Source of the DNA: Longimicrobiales bacterium | Lineage (GTDB): Bacteria > Gemmatimonadota > Gemmatimonadetes > Longimicrobiales > Gaopeijiaceae | Assembly (NCBI GenBank): GCA_965202805.1 | Contig: OZ241869.1 | Location: forward strand, 3,168,001-3,232,000 | Direction: 5' to 3' | Length of the DNA stretch: 64,000 nucleotides | Shown: positions 32,722 through 42,716 of the stretch, in pieces | How positions within the stretch are numbered: position 1 is the stretch's first letter | Layout of the letters: each line of letters starts with the position of its first letter | Position numbers and translations under genes: made by a program | Notes under the pieces: model-generated | Seen by the model: the letters and a program-made list of their open reading frames with translations, nothing else | Database searches by the model: none | What the model was told of the DNA's origin: nothing

Positions 32722-33005
32722 CCACGATCCGGTGCGACGCCACGCATGGAGCCGAACCGATGCAAGGGACGCCCGCGCCCGCGGCCGCTTCGGCGGACAC
32801 CGGTTCCCTCCGCCTTATGCTCCGATGTGGCTTTCCGCTCTCGCAGGATGACGGATATGCTTCGAGTGCCCCGGTCGCCTGCCCCGATCACCAGTCGCTC
32901 TCGTCAGAATCGGAAATGCCAACTCGATCTACTCCTTCTCGCGCCGACCGTCGCGATCCCGAGTCGCCCCGGCGCCGCAAGGACGCAGCAGCCGTGCAGC
33001 CAGAC

Positions 33006-33572
33006 ATGACGCCTCTCCAAAGCGTGCCAAGACGAGTCTTCTTGGACACATGTGTGGTCAACTTCATGCTCGACCACGGCGAGCAGATCTACGACGGCGG
33101 CTCGATACCAGCTGACGCCAACCAGCGCGTAGCTCGAGACATCGAGGCCATGGCCGACATGATGCTCGCTGGCAAGCGGGCAATGTGGCAGTTCGCGATT
33201 TCTCCCCATACGTACCAAGAGATCGCAGCGACGCGCGATGGGGGGAGACGCCATCGGCTGGACTCTTGGTTCGAAGACCTATGGCTGTATTGGTTGGGCA
33301 TCATCCACGAGAACGACGACCTTCCAAGCTTCGTGGAAGCAGAGGACACCCGTGTTCGTCTGCTCGGGTCGGGAATCCTTGATGTCCTGTCCGACATGGC
33401 AGACCGAGTACTCGTTTGTGACGCCGTAGTGTACCGGTGTGACGTGTTCTGCACGCGGGACTGGGCAACGATTCTGAGGCATCGAGATCATCTGAGCGCG
33501 TTGCCACTGCGAATCGTCACACCGGTCGAATGGTGGTCGAGTATCCAACCGTACGCGCGGCTCTGGGTGTAG
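33006..33572 (+). CDS. Stand-alone PIN-like domain protein (alternative start 32916)
   Basis: RVFLDTCVV, YQEI, ADRVLVCDA, CDVFCTRD acidic pattern. Confidence 0.6.
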   Translation: MTPLQSVPRRVFLDTCVVNFMLDHGEQIYDGGSIPADANQRVARDIEAMADMMLAGKRAMWQFAISPHTYQEIAATRDGGRRHRLDSWFEDLWLYWLGIIHENDDLPSFVEAEDTRVRLLGSGILDVLSDMADRVLVCDAVVYRCDVFCTRDWATILRHRDHLSALPLRIVTPVEWWSSIQPYARLWV

Positions 33573-33577
33573 AGCGC

Positions 33578-33680
33578 CTACAGCAACCCGAACGCTCTCA
33601 TGGCCTCGTCGCCAAGGTGGTTGATGGCCTTGACCGTGATCCGCCGCGACGCGGGTTTGTAGAACGGGCAAGAGACGTTC
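33578..33680 (-). pseudogene. 3' remnant of Type III Mod-like DNA methyltransferase
   Basis: SCPFYKPASRRITVKAINHLGDEAMRAF resembles the SRPF.KP..GRIAVKVINHLGDE C-terminus I recall for such methylases. Confidence 0.55.
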
Positions 33681-33805
33681 GTTTTACGTCGGCCATGCAT
33701 CCCCGTTGATCTCGTCTCCGGGCGTACCGGAGGGGTGTGACGAAACGTGCGATCAGATCCCCTCACCATCCTGACCCCAGCGCATTCCGCCGGGGGAGGC
33801 CAAGC

Positions 33806-35224
33806 TCATTCATTCATTGCCTCCAAGAGTGGGAATATGTTTCCGAACAACTGACAGACATCCCCCGTGGTCACCGAGAATTTCGGGTTGTGAACCAGCT
33901 GGTTCATGGAGGTCACCGACAACAGACCTTCCGACCGCGCCAACTCGGTCAGCGCTCCGTGTAGCTGCTTGGTGCGTTCCTTGTCGGTCTTGTTCTTCGT
34001 CAAGTGCTTTGTGATGTCCCGGAGGACGTCCACTAGAGGTCGATCCCTGCCATTCTTCTTAGTGGAAGGCCCGCCCGTAGCCCCGTGTTGCCCGCAGTAC
34101 GCCTTCGCGGAAATCTCGAACATGCTACGGACCAGGAAACAGAAAGCTAGGGGGTTGTTCCTGAGGTTCAACGCACGTATCTCGTCTCGCAGGAGAACCA
34201 CCTTCTCACGATCCGGCCCCCGAGGCGTGAAGCTCTTGATGGTAGCCTTGACGGCTCTTGGGTCTCGCAAACTTGCGGCCGGTGCTTTCCCACCCTTCGT
34301 CTTCGCACCAGCTTTGGTCCCGGTCTTGCCAGCCCTTCCCTTCTTTCCGGATTTTCTCTTCGGATCTCCAGAGAGGGGCGGAATCCCGTAGCGTGCTGCG
34401 AAATCCTCGTCCGACTTTCGGATTTCCGTGAACGTCAGGAGCTTGAGGCCGATGTCTTTTGCGATGGCTTCAACGGCGTCTCGATGGGAGATCGATGGGT
34501 ACCGGTTTGCGAGGTCCCGTGCGGAGTCCGCCCCAAGGCGCCCAGCGATCCTCTTCATTGCCTCCGCGAGCACCGTTAGCGGATAGTCACCCGCCCACTC
34601 CTGGGCCTGTTGGGGTGTGCGGTTCTTGCCATCCGCCAGGTAGGCTTCGAGGAGATCGAGCGCCGGTTCGTTGGCGCCGCTCTTGTCGCGACTGTGTCTT
34701 GCACGTGCGACTGCGGTCCAGTTGTTGCGCCCCGCTTTCTGCCCTTTGCCGTGGGCGAGCGTGACGATACGGTCCACGGTGTCGCTTTCCGACGCTGGGT
34801 AGATGATGCAGGGAACCTCGTCAGTCGCAGCCCGCCAACCACTCGGTACAACGGCCAGCTTGCTCTCGATGTTTGCGGGAACTTCGAGGTGTGAACGATT
34901 CAAGAGTCCGTGTGCGATCTTCAGGGCCGCCACGCGACGGTTTCCTTCCTTGACCGTGAAGGTCGGTTTCCCGCCGGAACCCACGCCCTCGAGCACGAGA
35001 ATGTTCTCTATCGGGAGGTACTCGCTGTCCAAGAGGCTCTCCGTTAGCGCCCAAAACCAGTCGGGTCGGATGGACACCATCGCGTCCACCGCTTCCTCTT
35101 CGTTTGATTGCGGGACCGTTCGGAAGTTTCTGAGATCTAGCTGTAGCTGCTTGATCGGCAGGCTCGCGACACTAGGCATGAAGTCTCTGGGTTTCGGCAA
35201 GTGGCTGGAAGTGGAAGCAGACAT
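33806..35224 (-). CDS. ParB/Srx N-terminal + C-terminal HEPN-like protein
   Basis: LQLDLRNFR, TVKEGNRRVAALK; Lys/Gly linker; FLVRSMFE...MNQLVHN helical C-terminal domain. Confidence 0.65.
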   Translation of the reverse strand: MSASTSSHLPKPRDFMPSVASLPIKQLQLDLRNFRTVPQSNEEEAVDAMVSIRPDWFWALTESLLDSEYLPIENILVLEGVGSGGKPTFTVKEGNRRVAALKIAHGLLNRSHLEVPANIESKLAVVPSGWRAATDEVPCIIYPASESDTVDRIVTLAHGKGQKAGRNNWTAVARARHSRDKSGANEPALDLLEAYLADGKNRTPQQAQEWAGDYPLTVLAEAMKRIAGRLGADSARDLANRYPSISHRDAVEAIAKDIGLKLLTFTEIRKSDEDFAARYGIPPLSGDPKRKSGKKGRAGKTGTKAGAKTKGGKAPAASLRDPRAVKATIKSFTPRGPDREKVVLLRDEIRALNLRNNPLAFCFLVRSMFEISAKAYCGQHGATGGPSTKKNGRDRPLVDVLRDITKHLTKNKTDKERTKQLHGALTELARSEGLLSVTSMNQLVHNPKFSVTTGDVCQLFGNIFPLLEAMNE

Positions 35225-35267
35225 GAGAGTCGGGCAGCGCCAAGATGAGAGCTTCGCTGCATCTCAG

Positions 35268-38200
35268 TCAATGGACCGCTTCGAGAACCCCCATCCAGAC
35301 GACCAGATTCACTTCCTCCTCTTCGATGGGATCGAGCGGCTCGGGCGGCTTCCACGGTTGTAGCCCGAGTTCGTTCACGACATCGGCGATTCTGTGCGTC
35401 AACTCTCCGGGGGCGACCCGGTCGGGCGCGAACACCTCCCGGAGCCGCCGTTCCTGACGGATGCCCCACGGCGCTTCGAGGGCGTCCGCAACCCGGTCTC
35501 GATCCTCGATGGAAAACCCGGAGGCCGGGTGCATGCGGACATGGTCGGCAGCGGCCCGGAAGAGCGGACGGATGCTGGGCTGGAGCGTGGCCGGATCGGT
35601 GGCCCGCATCCATTCCTCGTAGATGTCGCCGCGGGCGCGCTCCCAAGCACCGAAAGCTCCTTCCACGAACCCCTCCGGCAGCGCGCGCTCCGTGTGCTCC
35701 GTGCATGATAGGATTCCGAGGCAGGTCAGGGTGTCGCGCTCGATCTCCGCGTCTGCCTCCAAGGGCACAAACCGCATAAACACGCGGTCGAAGACGCGGG
35801 CGCAAAAGACGTGGCCCGTGCGGACTCCGCCCACGAATCCCGAGCCGACTCCCCACGCCAAGTCTCGGATCCGGTCCCCCCAGCGCTCGATCCCCTTTCG
35901 TAGCTCCTGCCGGTACTCCTCGCCGCTGTGCGCGTGCACACCCTCGCCTCCACGCTTGAAGAGCGACGAGTCGCCTCTTCGGAGCGCCTCGATCTGCTTC
36001 CGGTCGTCCGCGAAGACCTGTTGCGTCTGCTCCATGCCGGGTATCGGGGGCTGTTCGACTCCGATGGAGGCAGCGGCTTGGGCCAGCTTCCGGCGGATCC
36101 GCTCTTCGAGGGCCAGAAGGGCTTCGAGTTGGCGGTCGGGAAACACGCAGGTGAGGAACACTTGCTCGTGGGGACTCCCGATGCGGTCTATGCGCCCGTG
36201 CCGCTGCACGAGCCGCATCGGGTTCCAGGGCAGGTCGTAGTTGATGATCCGTCCGCATTGCTGGAGGTTCATCCCTTCGGCCAGCACATCGGTCGTCACG
36301 AGGATGTCGTACCTGTCCTCGGAACGCGACGGTGGGGCCTCCGTGGACTCGGGCGCGAAGCCGAACACCGCGTCGCTGCGGCTGGTCCCGTTGAACGAGT
36401 CGGTTCCCCTGACGACGGCGATGCGGCCACGGTAGCGGGCGAGCCGCCGATCCGTTGCCACCACCTCCCGCAAGCGCTCCGCGATCCACTCGACGGTGTC
36501 GCCGAAGTAGGAGAACACGAGCACCTTGCGGCGGTTGCGGATGTCGCGCTCCGAGATGCCCTTCCGCTCGGCTTCTCCCGCGATACGGGCGAGTTCGCCG
36601 GCGAGGAGCTTGAGCTTGGGGTCGTTCTCCGCCTTTATCGCGGATGCCCGAACCCGGAGGCGTTCGAGAAGCGCCCTGTCCGATCTCACGTCTTCAATGA
36701 GCCTTGCGGTGTCGAGGTCGTCCGCGACCGGCTCACCCTCCCGGAGAAGCTCCTCCCACGCCTCGTCGGAATCGGTCTCGCGAAGGGCCGCCAGCGAATC
36801 GGAGGACGGGATCACCCCGGCCTCGACCCCGCGCACGAAATGGTCGTGTGCGGCGACCATCCTGCTCACGGTCTGGACGAACGCCCGCGCCGACGACTCG
36901 AACCGCTTGAGCAGACCGGAGCGGATGAGCCCCACCAGCGCGGTCTCGCGGGCGTCCGGGGCCCCCTTCCGGCGGTAGCGGGTCGGCCAGTATCTGGCCA
37001 TCGTGAGTCTCGGCTCGCCCTCCCCTGAGTCCAGAACCTCCGCGAACTCGTCAAAGAAGCCGGGCAGCACCTCGTCCAGATCGTAGCTTCGCGAGCCGAC
37101 CACCGGGTCCGGGAACCGGATCGTGACCTCGGTCCCGTCCTTGAGTCGGAAGTTGTCGTTCGGGTAGAAGCGCTGAACGAAGTGCCGCGTTCGCCGCACC
37201 GTGGTCGCGTCGAGGATGTCGAACAGGGTGTCCGGGTTGAGCGTGAACGGGTCCTCCTTGTCGGCCTGCCGGAACCGTTCCTTGAGCGAGCGGATGCCTC
37301 GGTCGGCGAACACCGCGTCATGGCCGACGAAGTAGGTGAGGAGGTCGTAAAGATCCCAGAGCGAGTTGTTCACCGGCGTTGCGGTCAGAAGGACCACTTT
37401 CCGGGGCGGGTCTCCGCGCAGAAGTTGCCGGAGCGCGCGCGCACGCTTCGTGTCCGGGTTGCGAAAGGCGTGCGCCTCGTCGATCACGACGAGCGAGTAC
37501 TCGCCGATGCCGGAGCCCAAGGCGCTCCCATCCCCTTGGCCCAGTTGCCGGTCGCCCGCCAGCTGCTCGAACGACACCACTTCGATGCCGACCTGGTAGC
37601 GCCTTCTGAATTGCCTCCACATCCCGTCCCGGAGCTGGGCCGGTGCGATCAGGAGCGCCCTTTGGCGGTTGCGCTCGATGACTTCCGTGAAGATCTCGGC
37701 CGCGATGAAGCTCTTCCCGAGTCCTACGCTGTCGGCGACCAGAACGCCATTGTACTGGTCGAGGATCCGCTTGGCCCGGAACACACCGTCGGTCTGGAAG
37801 CGCGTGAGCCGGATCCGGCCCGAGTCCCCCGCCTCCTCTTCGAGTTCACCGCCGTAGCGCTCCCACAGGGCGCGCAGGTAGATCAGGTAGGGAGGGTGTT
37901 CGGCGAACTGTTCCCTGTAGATGGCGGCGAGATCGTAGGGACGGGCGTCGTTCCAAAGACGGTCGAACCACTCCTCTACCCTTTCGACGACGCCGGGCTG
38001 GTACTGGCCGAGGTTGAGTTCGAGGTTCGACGTGAGCCCGGCAAGCGTGAAGTTCGACGATCCGGCGAGGACGCCGTGCTTGCCGGAGAACAGGAATGCC
38101 TTGCCATGCAGGAAGCGGTGCTCGTAGCGGCGCACCTCGATCTTGCCCGAGTCGAGGAAATCTAGGAGTTCCCGCACCGAGGCCCGGCTCGGCTCGGAGA

Positions 38201-38537
38201 ACGGGAGCCGGTCGCGGTCCCGCCTGAGTTTGCGCTCCGCGCCGTCGAGTTCTTCGTCCGCCAGCCTCTTCTCGTATCGCTCGCCGCGCGGATCGCCGAG
38301 GCGGCGCTCCGGCAGCCGGGCGGCAGGCAGCGGCTCGGCACCGAGCAGGAGGCGCACGCCCGCGGCGCGACGGAGCACGTCGGCCAGCCGACCGAATCCC
38401 CCCGGATTGAAGTATCCCGTCGCGATGGACGCCGAAGGCGGCTCGCGCAGACTGCCGAGCAGGTGTTCGAGGCGCTGCCGGAGCGCCCGCTCCAGGGTAT
38501 TGCCGTCGAGGTTGTCGACGAACTCCGGGTGGCTCAT
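35268..38537 (-). CDS. PLD-nuclease / SNF2-like helicase fusion
   Basis: ATGYFN, HGKAFLF, GSSNFT, NLELN (PLD); ADSVGLGKS, DEAH, TATP, QRHGRIDRIG (SF2). Confidence 0.9.
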   Translation of the reverse strand: MSHPEFVDNLDGNTLERALRQRLEHLLGSLREPPSASIATGYFNPGGFGRLADVLRRAAGVRLLLGAEPLPAARLPERRLGDPRGERYEKRLADEELDGAERKLRRDRDRLPFSEPSRASVRELLDFLDSGKIEVRRYEHRFLHGKAFLFSGKHGVLAGSSNFTLAGLTSNLELNLGQYQPGVVERVEEWFDRLWNDARPYDLAAIYREQFAEHPPYLIYLRALWERYGGELEEEAGDSGRIRLTRFQTDGVFRAKRILDQYNGVLVADSVGLGKSFIAAEIFTEVIERNRQRALLIAPAQLRDGMWRQFRRRYQVGIEVVSFEQLAGDRQLGQGDGSALGSGIGEYSLVVIDEAHAFRNPDTKRARALRQLLRGDPPRKVVLLTATPVNNSLWDLYDLLTYFVGHDAVFADRGIRSLKERFRQADKEDPFTLNPDTLFDILDATTVRRTRHFVQRFYPNDNFRLKDGTEVTIRFPDPVVGSRSYDLDEVLPGFFDEFAEVLDSGEGEPRLTMARYWPTRYRRKGAPDARETALVGLIRSGLLKRFESSARAFVQTVSRMVAAHDHFVRGVEAGVIPSSDSLAALRETDSDEAWEELLREGEPVADDLDTARLIEDVRSDRALLERLRVRASAIKAENDPKLKLLAGELARIAGEAERKGISERDIRNRRKVLVFSYFGDTVEWIAERLREVVATDRRLARYRGRIAVVRGTDSFNGTSRSDAVFGFAPESTEAPPSRSEDRYDILVTTDVLAEGMNLQQCGRIINYDLPWNPMRLVQRHGRIDRIGSPHEQVFLTCVFPDRQLEALLALEERIRRKLAQAAASIGVEQPPIPGMEQTQQVFADDRKQIEALRRGDSSLFKRGGEGVHAHSGEEYRQELRKGIERWGDRIRDLAWGVGSGFVGGVRTGHVFCARVFDRVFMRFVPLEADAEIERDTLTCLGILSCTEHTERALPEGFVEGAFGAWERARGDIYEEWMRATDPATLQPSIRPLFRAAADHVRMHPASGFSIEDRDRVADALEAPWGIRQERRLREVFAPDRVAPGELTHRIADVVNELGLQPWKPPEPLDPIEEEEVNLVVWMGVLEAVH

Positions 38538-41500
38538 TGGTCACTCTGCCACGCTCGGAAGTGGTGCAGCGTGGCCCTCAGTCGCTCCTCGTGGTCCCAA
38601 CCCTCGTGGAACGTCTCGAAGATGTGGACGAGTTGCGGTTCGGTGAGGCCGTAGATGTGGGCCACCACGGCGTCGAGCTCGCGAACAAGGTCTTCCTTGT
38701 CTTCCGCCTTGAGGGGGCCGTACTCGACGCCGATCCGCCCGGCCCAGTCGGCGAACCGCTCGTCGAGTGCCGCGAGCCTCCCCGCGAGCGCGATGACACG
38801 ATTCCGGCGCCGATCTTGGGGGCTTGGTCGGGGGACCGGCAATGGATTCAGCACGTGATAGTCAACGTGCGTTTCCACGAAACGTCGGGCATACCAATCG
38901 AGTGGAATCGATGTCATGACGCCAAGTAGGTACGCCTCGTCCTTCTCGTCTCCTCGTGGCCAGAGGAAGTACGGTGCGACATCCGTGAGACATGTGTTGG
39001 GGGGAACAAGGGAAGTGCGAACGGTCCGCCTATCGGTCGCTCGTGCAATACGCCGGAAAGCGATCCGTGCGCGCAAGCAAGGCAGCGTCTCAGTGTCGCT
39101 TCTCCAAGCCCGATCGAACTCCGCGAACGCGGAGCGCTTGTTCGCCCGCATCCGCTTGCTTTGAAGGTGGCCGAGCATCCGAGCGGGATCTGCCCACGCG
39201 TAGTACGTCCCCGTGTCGGCTGTCCACAGGTCGAACGACGCCCCCTTGTAGACCGGCCAGAATCCCTCGGGACACTCGTTCGACTCGACGTCCATCACAT
39301 GCTTGTCGTTCGTGGCATCCAGTTCCCTATGTGGCCGCGCCCGCCAACCCACCCCATCGTTGAGGTCCAGACGCGGGCTCTTGCGCAACTGCGCGAACAC
39401 CTCCACCGATTCGTCCGACGGCAGAAGCGGGAGGGACGCCGTGTCGTTCCACGCCTCGACCTCGCGAGCGCGGAACGTCACCGGAGCACGCCGGACACCG
39501 GCCCGAAACCGCTTGAGGTTCGCATACGGCCCGCTCAGCCGAAGCTTGGACTCGCGGCTGTCCTTCGCGCGCGTAATGGCGGTCAGGCCGATGGTGTATT
39601 GCGGATGGACGTTCGGGAACACCCACTCGCGGTTGTTCACCAACATGGTCAGATCCAGCACCTCGGCGCTCGCCAGCAACTCCTTGCGGAATGCCGTGGA
39701 TCCCTTCGCCGCCAGCGCCGAGCGGGGCAGCACGACGCCGATCCGCCCGCCGTCCGGCGACACAAGGTCCCAGAACCTCCAGACGAATGCCTTGTAGAGA
39801 TCGGGGTCGCCCGTACCCATCCCCGGGAACCCTCCAGCCGTGAGAAGGTGGCGCATTGAAGCTGCGCCGTCCTTTTCCGCTTCGAGCCGGTCCGCCAGAT
39901 CCGGGCGCTGGGCCCGATACTGAACCTTCAGCGTCTCCTGCACCCTCTGCGGCCGCGACCGTAACCCCGGGAAGTGTCGCGCCCAGAAAGCGTCCTCTTC
40001 GACGCGGGGTTTTTCCCAAGGCGGATTGCCGAGGATCACGTCGAACCCGTTGCGTCGGCCAAGGAATACGTGTGGGAAAGCGAGCGCGAAGTGCAGTACG
40101 TCCAGTCCCTTGAGTTCCTCGTGTCCCATGTCCATCAACTGGGCTCGGAAGATGTCGCCCGGGTCGTCCAAAGCCGTGGCCACCCGTCCCTCAGCGATTG
40201 CTTCCCGGATGCTACTGTTCGTCCGCGAAGCCGTCAGGAGCGTGAAGAGTTCCTGCTCCGATTGTATAGCCCGCCGCATTCGAGCATAGAGTTCCCGCGC
40301 TTCCCGGATCTCGGCGTCGTTCGCGTCCGTGAGCCGGGCGAGCTTCCCAAGTGGCTCCTGAATGGCTCCGAGGCGCTCACTCGCCACCAGCGAGAAGAGG
40401 TTGCCGCTCTCGGCTTGGAACAGTTCGGACGCCTCCTCGAAGGACGTGATTCCCACGAGCGAGTTCCCTTGAATCAGGTTGTGGTCGAGCAGCGAGAGCG
40501 GAAGCCCCGGCACGAAGGTGTGGATCCAGAGAGACAGTCGCGCCAGTTCGACGGCCATCGGGTTCATGTCCACCCCGAAGATGCAGCGCCGGGCCACCTG
40601 CCTGCGAAGCAGTTGGATGTCCTCGATGGGGTCCCCGGACCAGTCCGGCCCAAGTTCCTCGGCCGCCGTGCGGCGGAGCCGCGCGAACTCCTCGCGCACA
40701 TCCGGCAGCGCACGTCCGGCCAGGTAGTTGGCGAGCCGCCGCTCGATCCGGTCCACCGCGCCGACCAGGAAGTGGCCGGAGCCCATCGCGATGTCGGCGA
40801 CGCGGAACTCAAAGAACCGCCGCCCCGCCTCTCGGTCTGGCATTCCATCGAGCCGCTCGATGTGCTCGTCGAGCGCCGGTTCGAGCGCGCGGTCGAGGAG
40901 GTGTTCCACGGCGAAGGCCGGGGTGTAGTAGGACCCGCTGGACTTCCGCGCTCCCGACTGGTTGTGGAGATATACTTCGCCCGCACGCACCATGACCGTG
41001 TCACCGTATCGGGCCGGGAGGTAGGTCTCCGTCTTGGCGTCCACCGTCAGGTCGGTCTCGGCGAGTGAAAGCTCGCTCTCCAGCAGACCCTCATAGATCG
41101 TTCCGAACTCGCGGATGCCGAGCGACCGGAAGTCCACCGGGCCTTCCGTTTCCTCCGCTGTCCGGTCGAGGAGCAACGCGGCGAGCGCCCGCGCGAACTC
41201 TCGGTCAGGGAGCGAGAGAGCTGCGATCCGTGCTCCAAGCTTCGAGACCGACGCTTGGGAGGCGAAGAGCGTGCCGTTGTACGCCGGCACTTCCCACTCC
41301 GGGTTCCCGAGGCTCACGGCCGTCCAAATCTGCGTGACCTCCGCCCAGAAGAAAGGCTGTTCGCCGAACTCGATATCCTTGCGCCGGGCCTCGCCAAGGC
41401 GCTGGGCGATGCGCTTGAGTGAGTGCTCGCGGTAGCTCCGCGAGGCGTGCAGGGGCAGCAAGCCACGGTCCTCCGCATAGGCGACGAACAGAAGCCTGTA

Positions 41501-42547
41501 GAGGATGCGAAGCGCTGCTTGGTAGGCCTGTTGGAGATCGTCCGCAGTCGGACTCTCTGGATACATCGCCGCCACGACGGCGCGGGCAAGCGACGGCATC
41601 ACTTCGCGGTAGACCCGCTCGCGAAGACGACCGCCGAGATCTGCGGCGTAGTCCTCGCTCGTGCGGAGGATGTCTCCGACGCTCCCGCCCTCCGACAGCG
41701 CGGGCGCGGACAGCAGCAGCCAGAGGTAACCGGCGTCATCGCCCGAAAGGAGGTCGAGGTCGATCTCGACGAACGTCTCGGACCGTCCGCGTCGGCCCGT
41801 GCCGACGCCCGGCTTGGCCGGATAGAGGCGGAGCGTGCCGCGCGCCACAGCCACCACCCAGTCCAGGTTCTCCCGGTCGGCTTGGGCCAAGGCGTAGGAC
41901 ACCGGCGACACGCCGTCGAACCTGGGGCTCGCGGAGTCGATCTCCTCGGGCCGGTCGAGAAGGACGGCCACCGCGGTCTTGCGGTCTCTAGCCAGCAGCA
42001 GCATCGCCGGTCCGGGAAGCTCCTCGGTGGCGAACCCGAGACCCTCGATCAGCGCGCGTCCCCGGAGCGCCCGCACGCCGCGCGCCTCCTCGACCGCGAC
42101 CGCCCAGTCGCCGCGCGCCGGAACCCCCCGCTCAAGTTCCTGCATCGCGAAGAGGCCACCGTTGCGCAGGCCCGGGATCGGCGCGTCCAATGCGGGAAGC
42201 AGCCGATGGAGGAGCCGGATCGCGGCGTGCCGTCCATCCTCCTCCAATGCCATGCCGCACACGCCTTCGACCTGCTCGGCCGGCAGGTCCTGATGCTCGA
42301 CCGGGTTGTGCTCGGTCGGGCCGCACACTGCCGCTCGCCCCGCGCCCCATGGTGCCACGATCAGCACCGGCGCGGCGCGGCGTCCGGACCGCGCCCGGAA
42401 CATCGCCCTGAGATCCGCGATCCGGGGCCGCCCGTCCAACGCGACCACGACGACTTCGAGCGCTAGCGGTCCGCGCCCGAGATAGAGGTTGGCCCGGCGG
42501 TCTCCTACCGTAATGTCGCGATGTTCGAGGTGCTCGAGCATGGGCAC
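38534..42547 (-). CDS. Large Type IIG / Eco57I-like N6-adenine methyltransferase with C-terminal target-recognition region
   Basis: YEGLL, GSYYTP, DIAMGSGHFL, GNPPW, DLYKAF; ATGA overlap with helicase. Confidence 0.88.
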   Translation of the reverse strand: MPMLEHLEHRDITVGDRRANLYLGRGPLALEVVVVALDGRPRIADLRAMFRARSGRRAAPVLIVAPWGAGRAAVCGPTEHNPVEHQDLPAEQVEGVCGMALEEDGRHAAIRLLHRLLPALDAPIPGLRNGGLFAMQELERGVPARGDWAVAVEEARGVRALRGRALIEGLGFATEELPGPAMLLLARDRKTAVAVLLDRPEEIDSASPRFDGVSPVSYALAQADRENLDWVVAVARGTLRLYPAKPGVGTGRRGRSETFVEIDLDLLSGDDAGYLWLLLSAPALSEGGSVGDILRTSEDYAADLGGRLRERVYREVMPSLARAVVAAMYPESPTADDLQQAYQAALRILYRLLFVAYAEDRGLLPLHASRSYREHSLKRIAQRLGEARRKDIEFGEQPFFWAEVTQIWTAVSLGNPEWEVPAYNGTLFASQASVSKLGARIAALSLPDREFARALAALLLDRTAEETEGPVDFRSLGIREFGTIYEGLLESELSLAETDLTVDAKTETYLPARYGDTVMVRAGEVYLHNQSGARKSSGSYYTPAFAVEHLLDRALEPALDEHIERLDGMPDREAGRRFFEFRVADIAMGSGHFLVGAVDRIERRLANYLAGRALPDVREEFARLRRTAAEELGPDWSGDPIEDIQLLRRQVARRCIFGVDMNPMAVELARLSLWIHTFVPGLPLSLLDHNLIQGNSLVGITSFEEASELFQAESGNLFSLVASERLGAIQEPLGKLARLTDANDAEIREARELYARMRRAIQSEQELFTLLTASRTNSSIREAIAEGRVATALDDPGDIFRAQLMDMGHEELKGLDVLHFALAFPHVFLGRRNGFDVILGNPPWEKPRVEEDAFWARHFPGLRSRPQRVQETLKVQYRAQRPDLADRLEAEKDGAASMRHLLTAGGFPGMGTGDPDLYKAFVWRFWDLVSPDGGRIGVVLPRSALAAKGSTAFRKELLASAEVLDLTMLVNNREWVFPNVHPQYTIGLTAITRAKDSRESKLRLSGPYANLKRFRAGVRRAPVTFRAREVEAWNDTASLPLLPSDESVEVFAQLRKSPRLDLNDGVGWRARPHRELDATNDKHVMDVESNECPEGFWPVYKGASFDLWTADTGTYYAWADPARMLGHLQSKRMRANKRSAFAEFDRAWRSDTETLPCLRARIAFRRIARATDRRTVRTSLVPPNTCLTDVAPYFLWPRGDEKDEAYLLGVMTSIPLDWYARRFVETHVDYHVLNPLPVPRPSPQDRRRNRVIALAGRLAALDERFADWAGRIGVEYGPLKAEDKEDLVRELDAVVAHIYGLTEPQLVHIFETFHEGWDHEERLRATLHHFRAWQSDQ

Positions 42548-42716
42548 TGGCAGCAGTCTGGGGTCGGCGGGCTCGGATTCAACCGCCCCAACCTACATGA
42601 CGTGTACGGGGGTGCGCGACTTGGAGTCAGTGCCAGTAGGCCGTCGTCACGGCCACGACGGTCTCCAGTGCTGGATCCTCGGCCCAGGACGATCCGGCAT
42701 ACGAGAAACAGAGCTC

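Noticed and set aside
35268..42547. DISARM or BREX assignment
   Set aside because: No DrmA/DrmB/stand-alone DrmC, and no PglZ/BrxC genes in the island.
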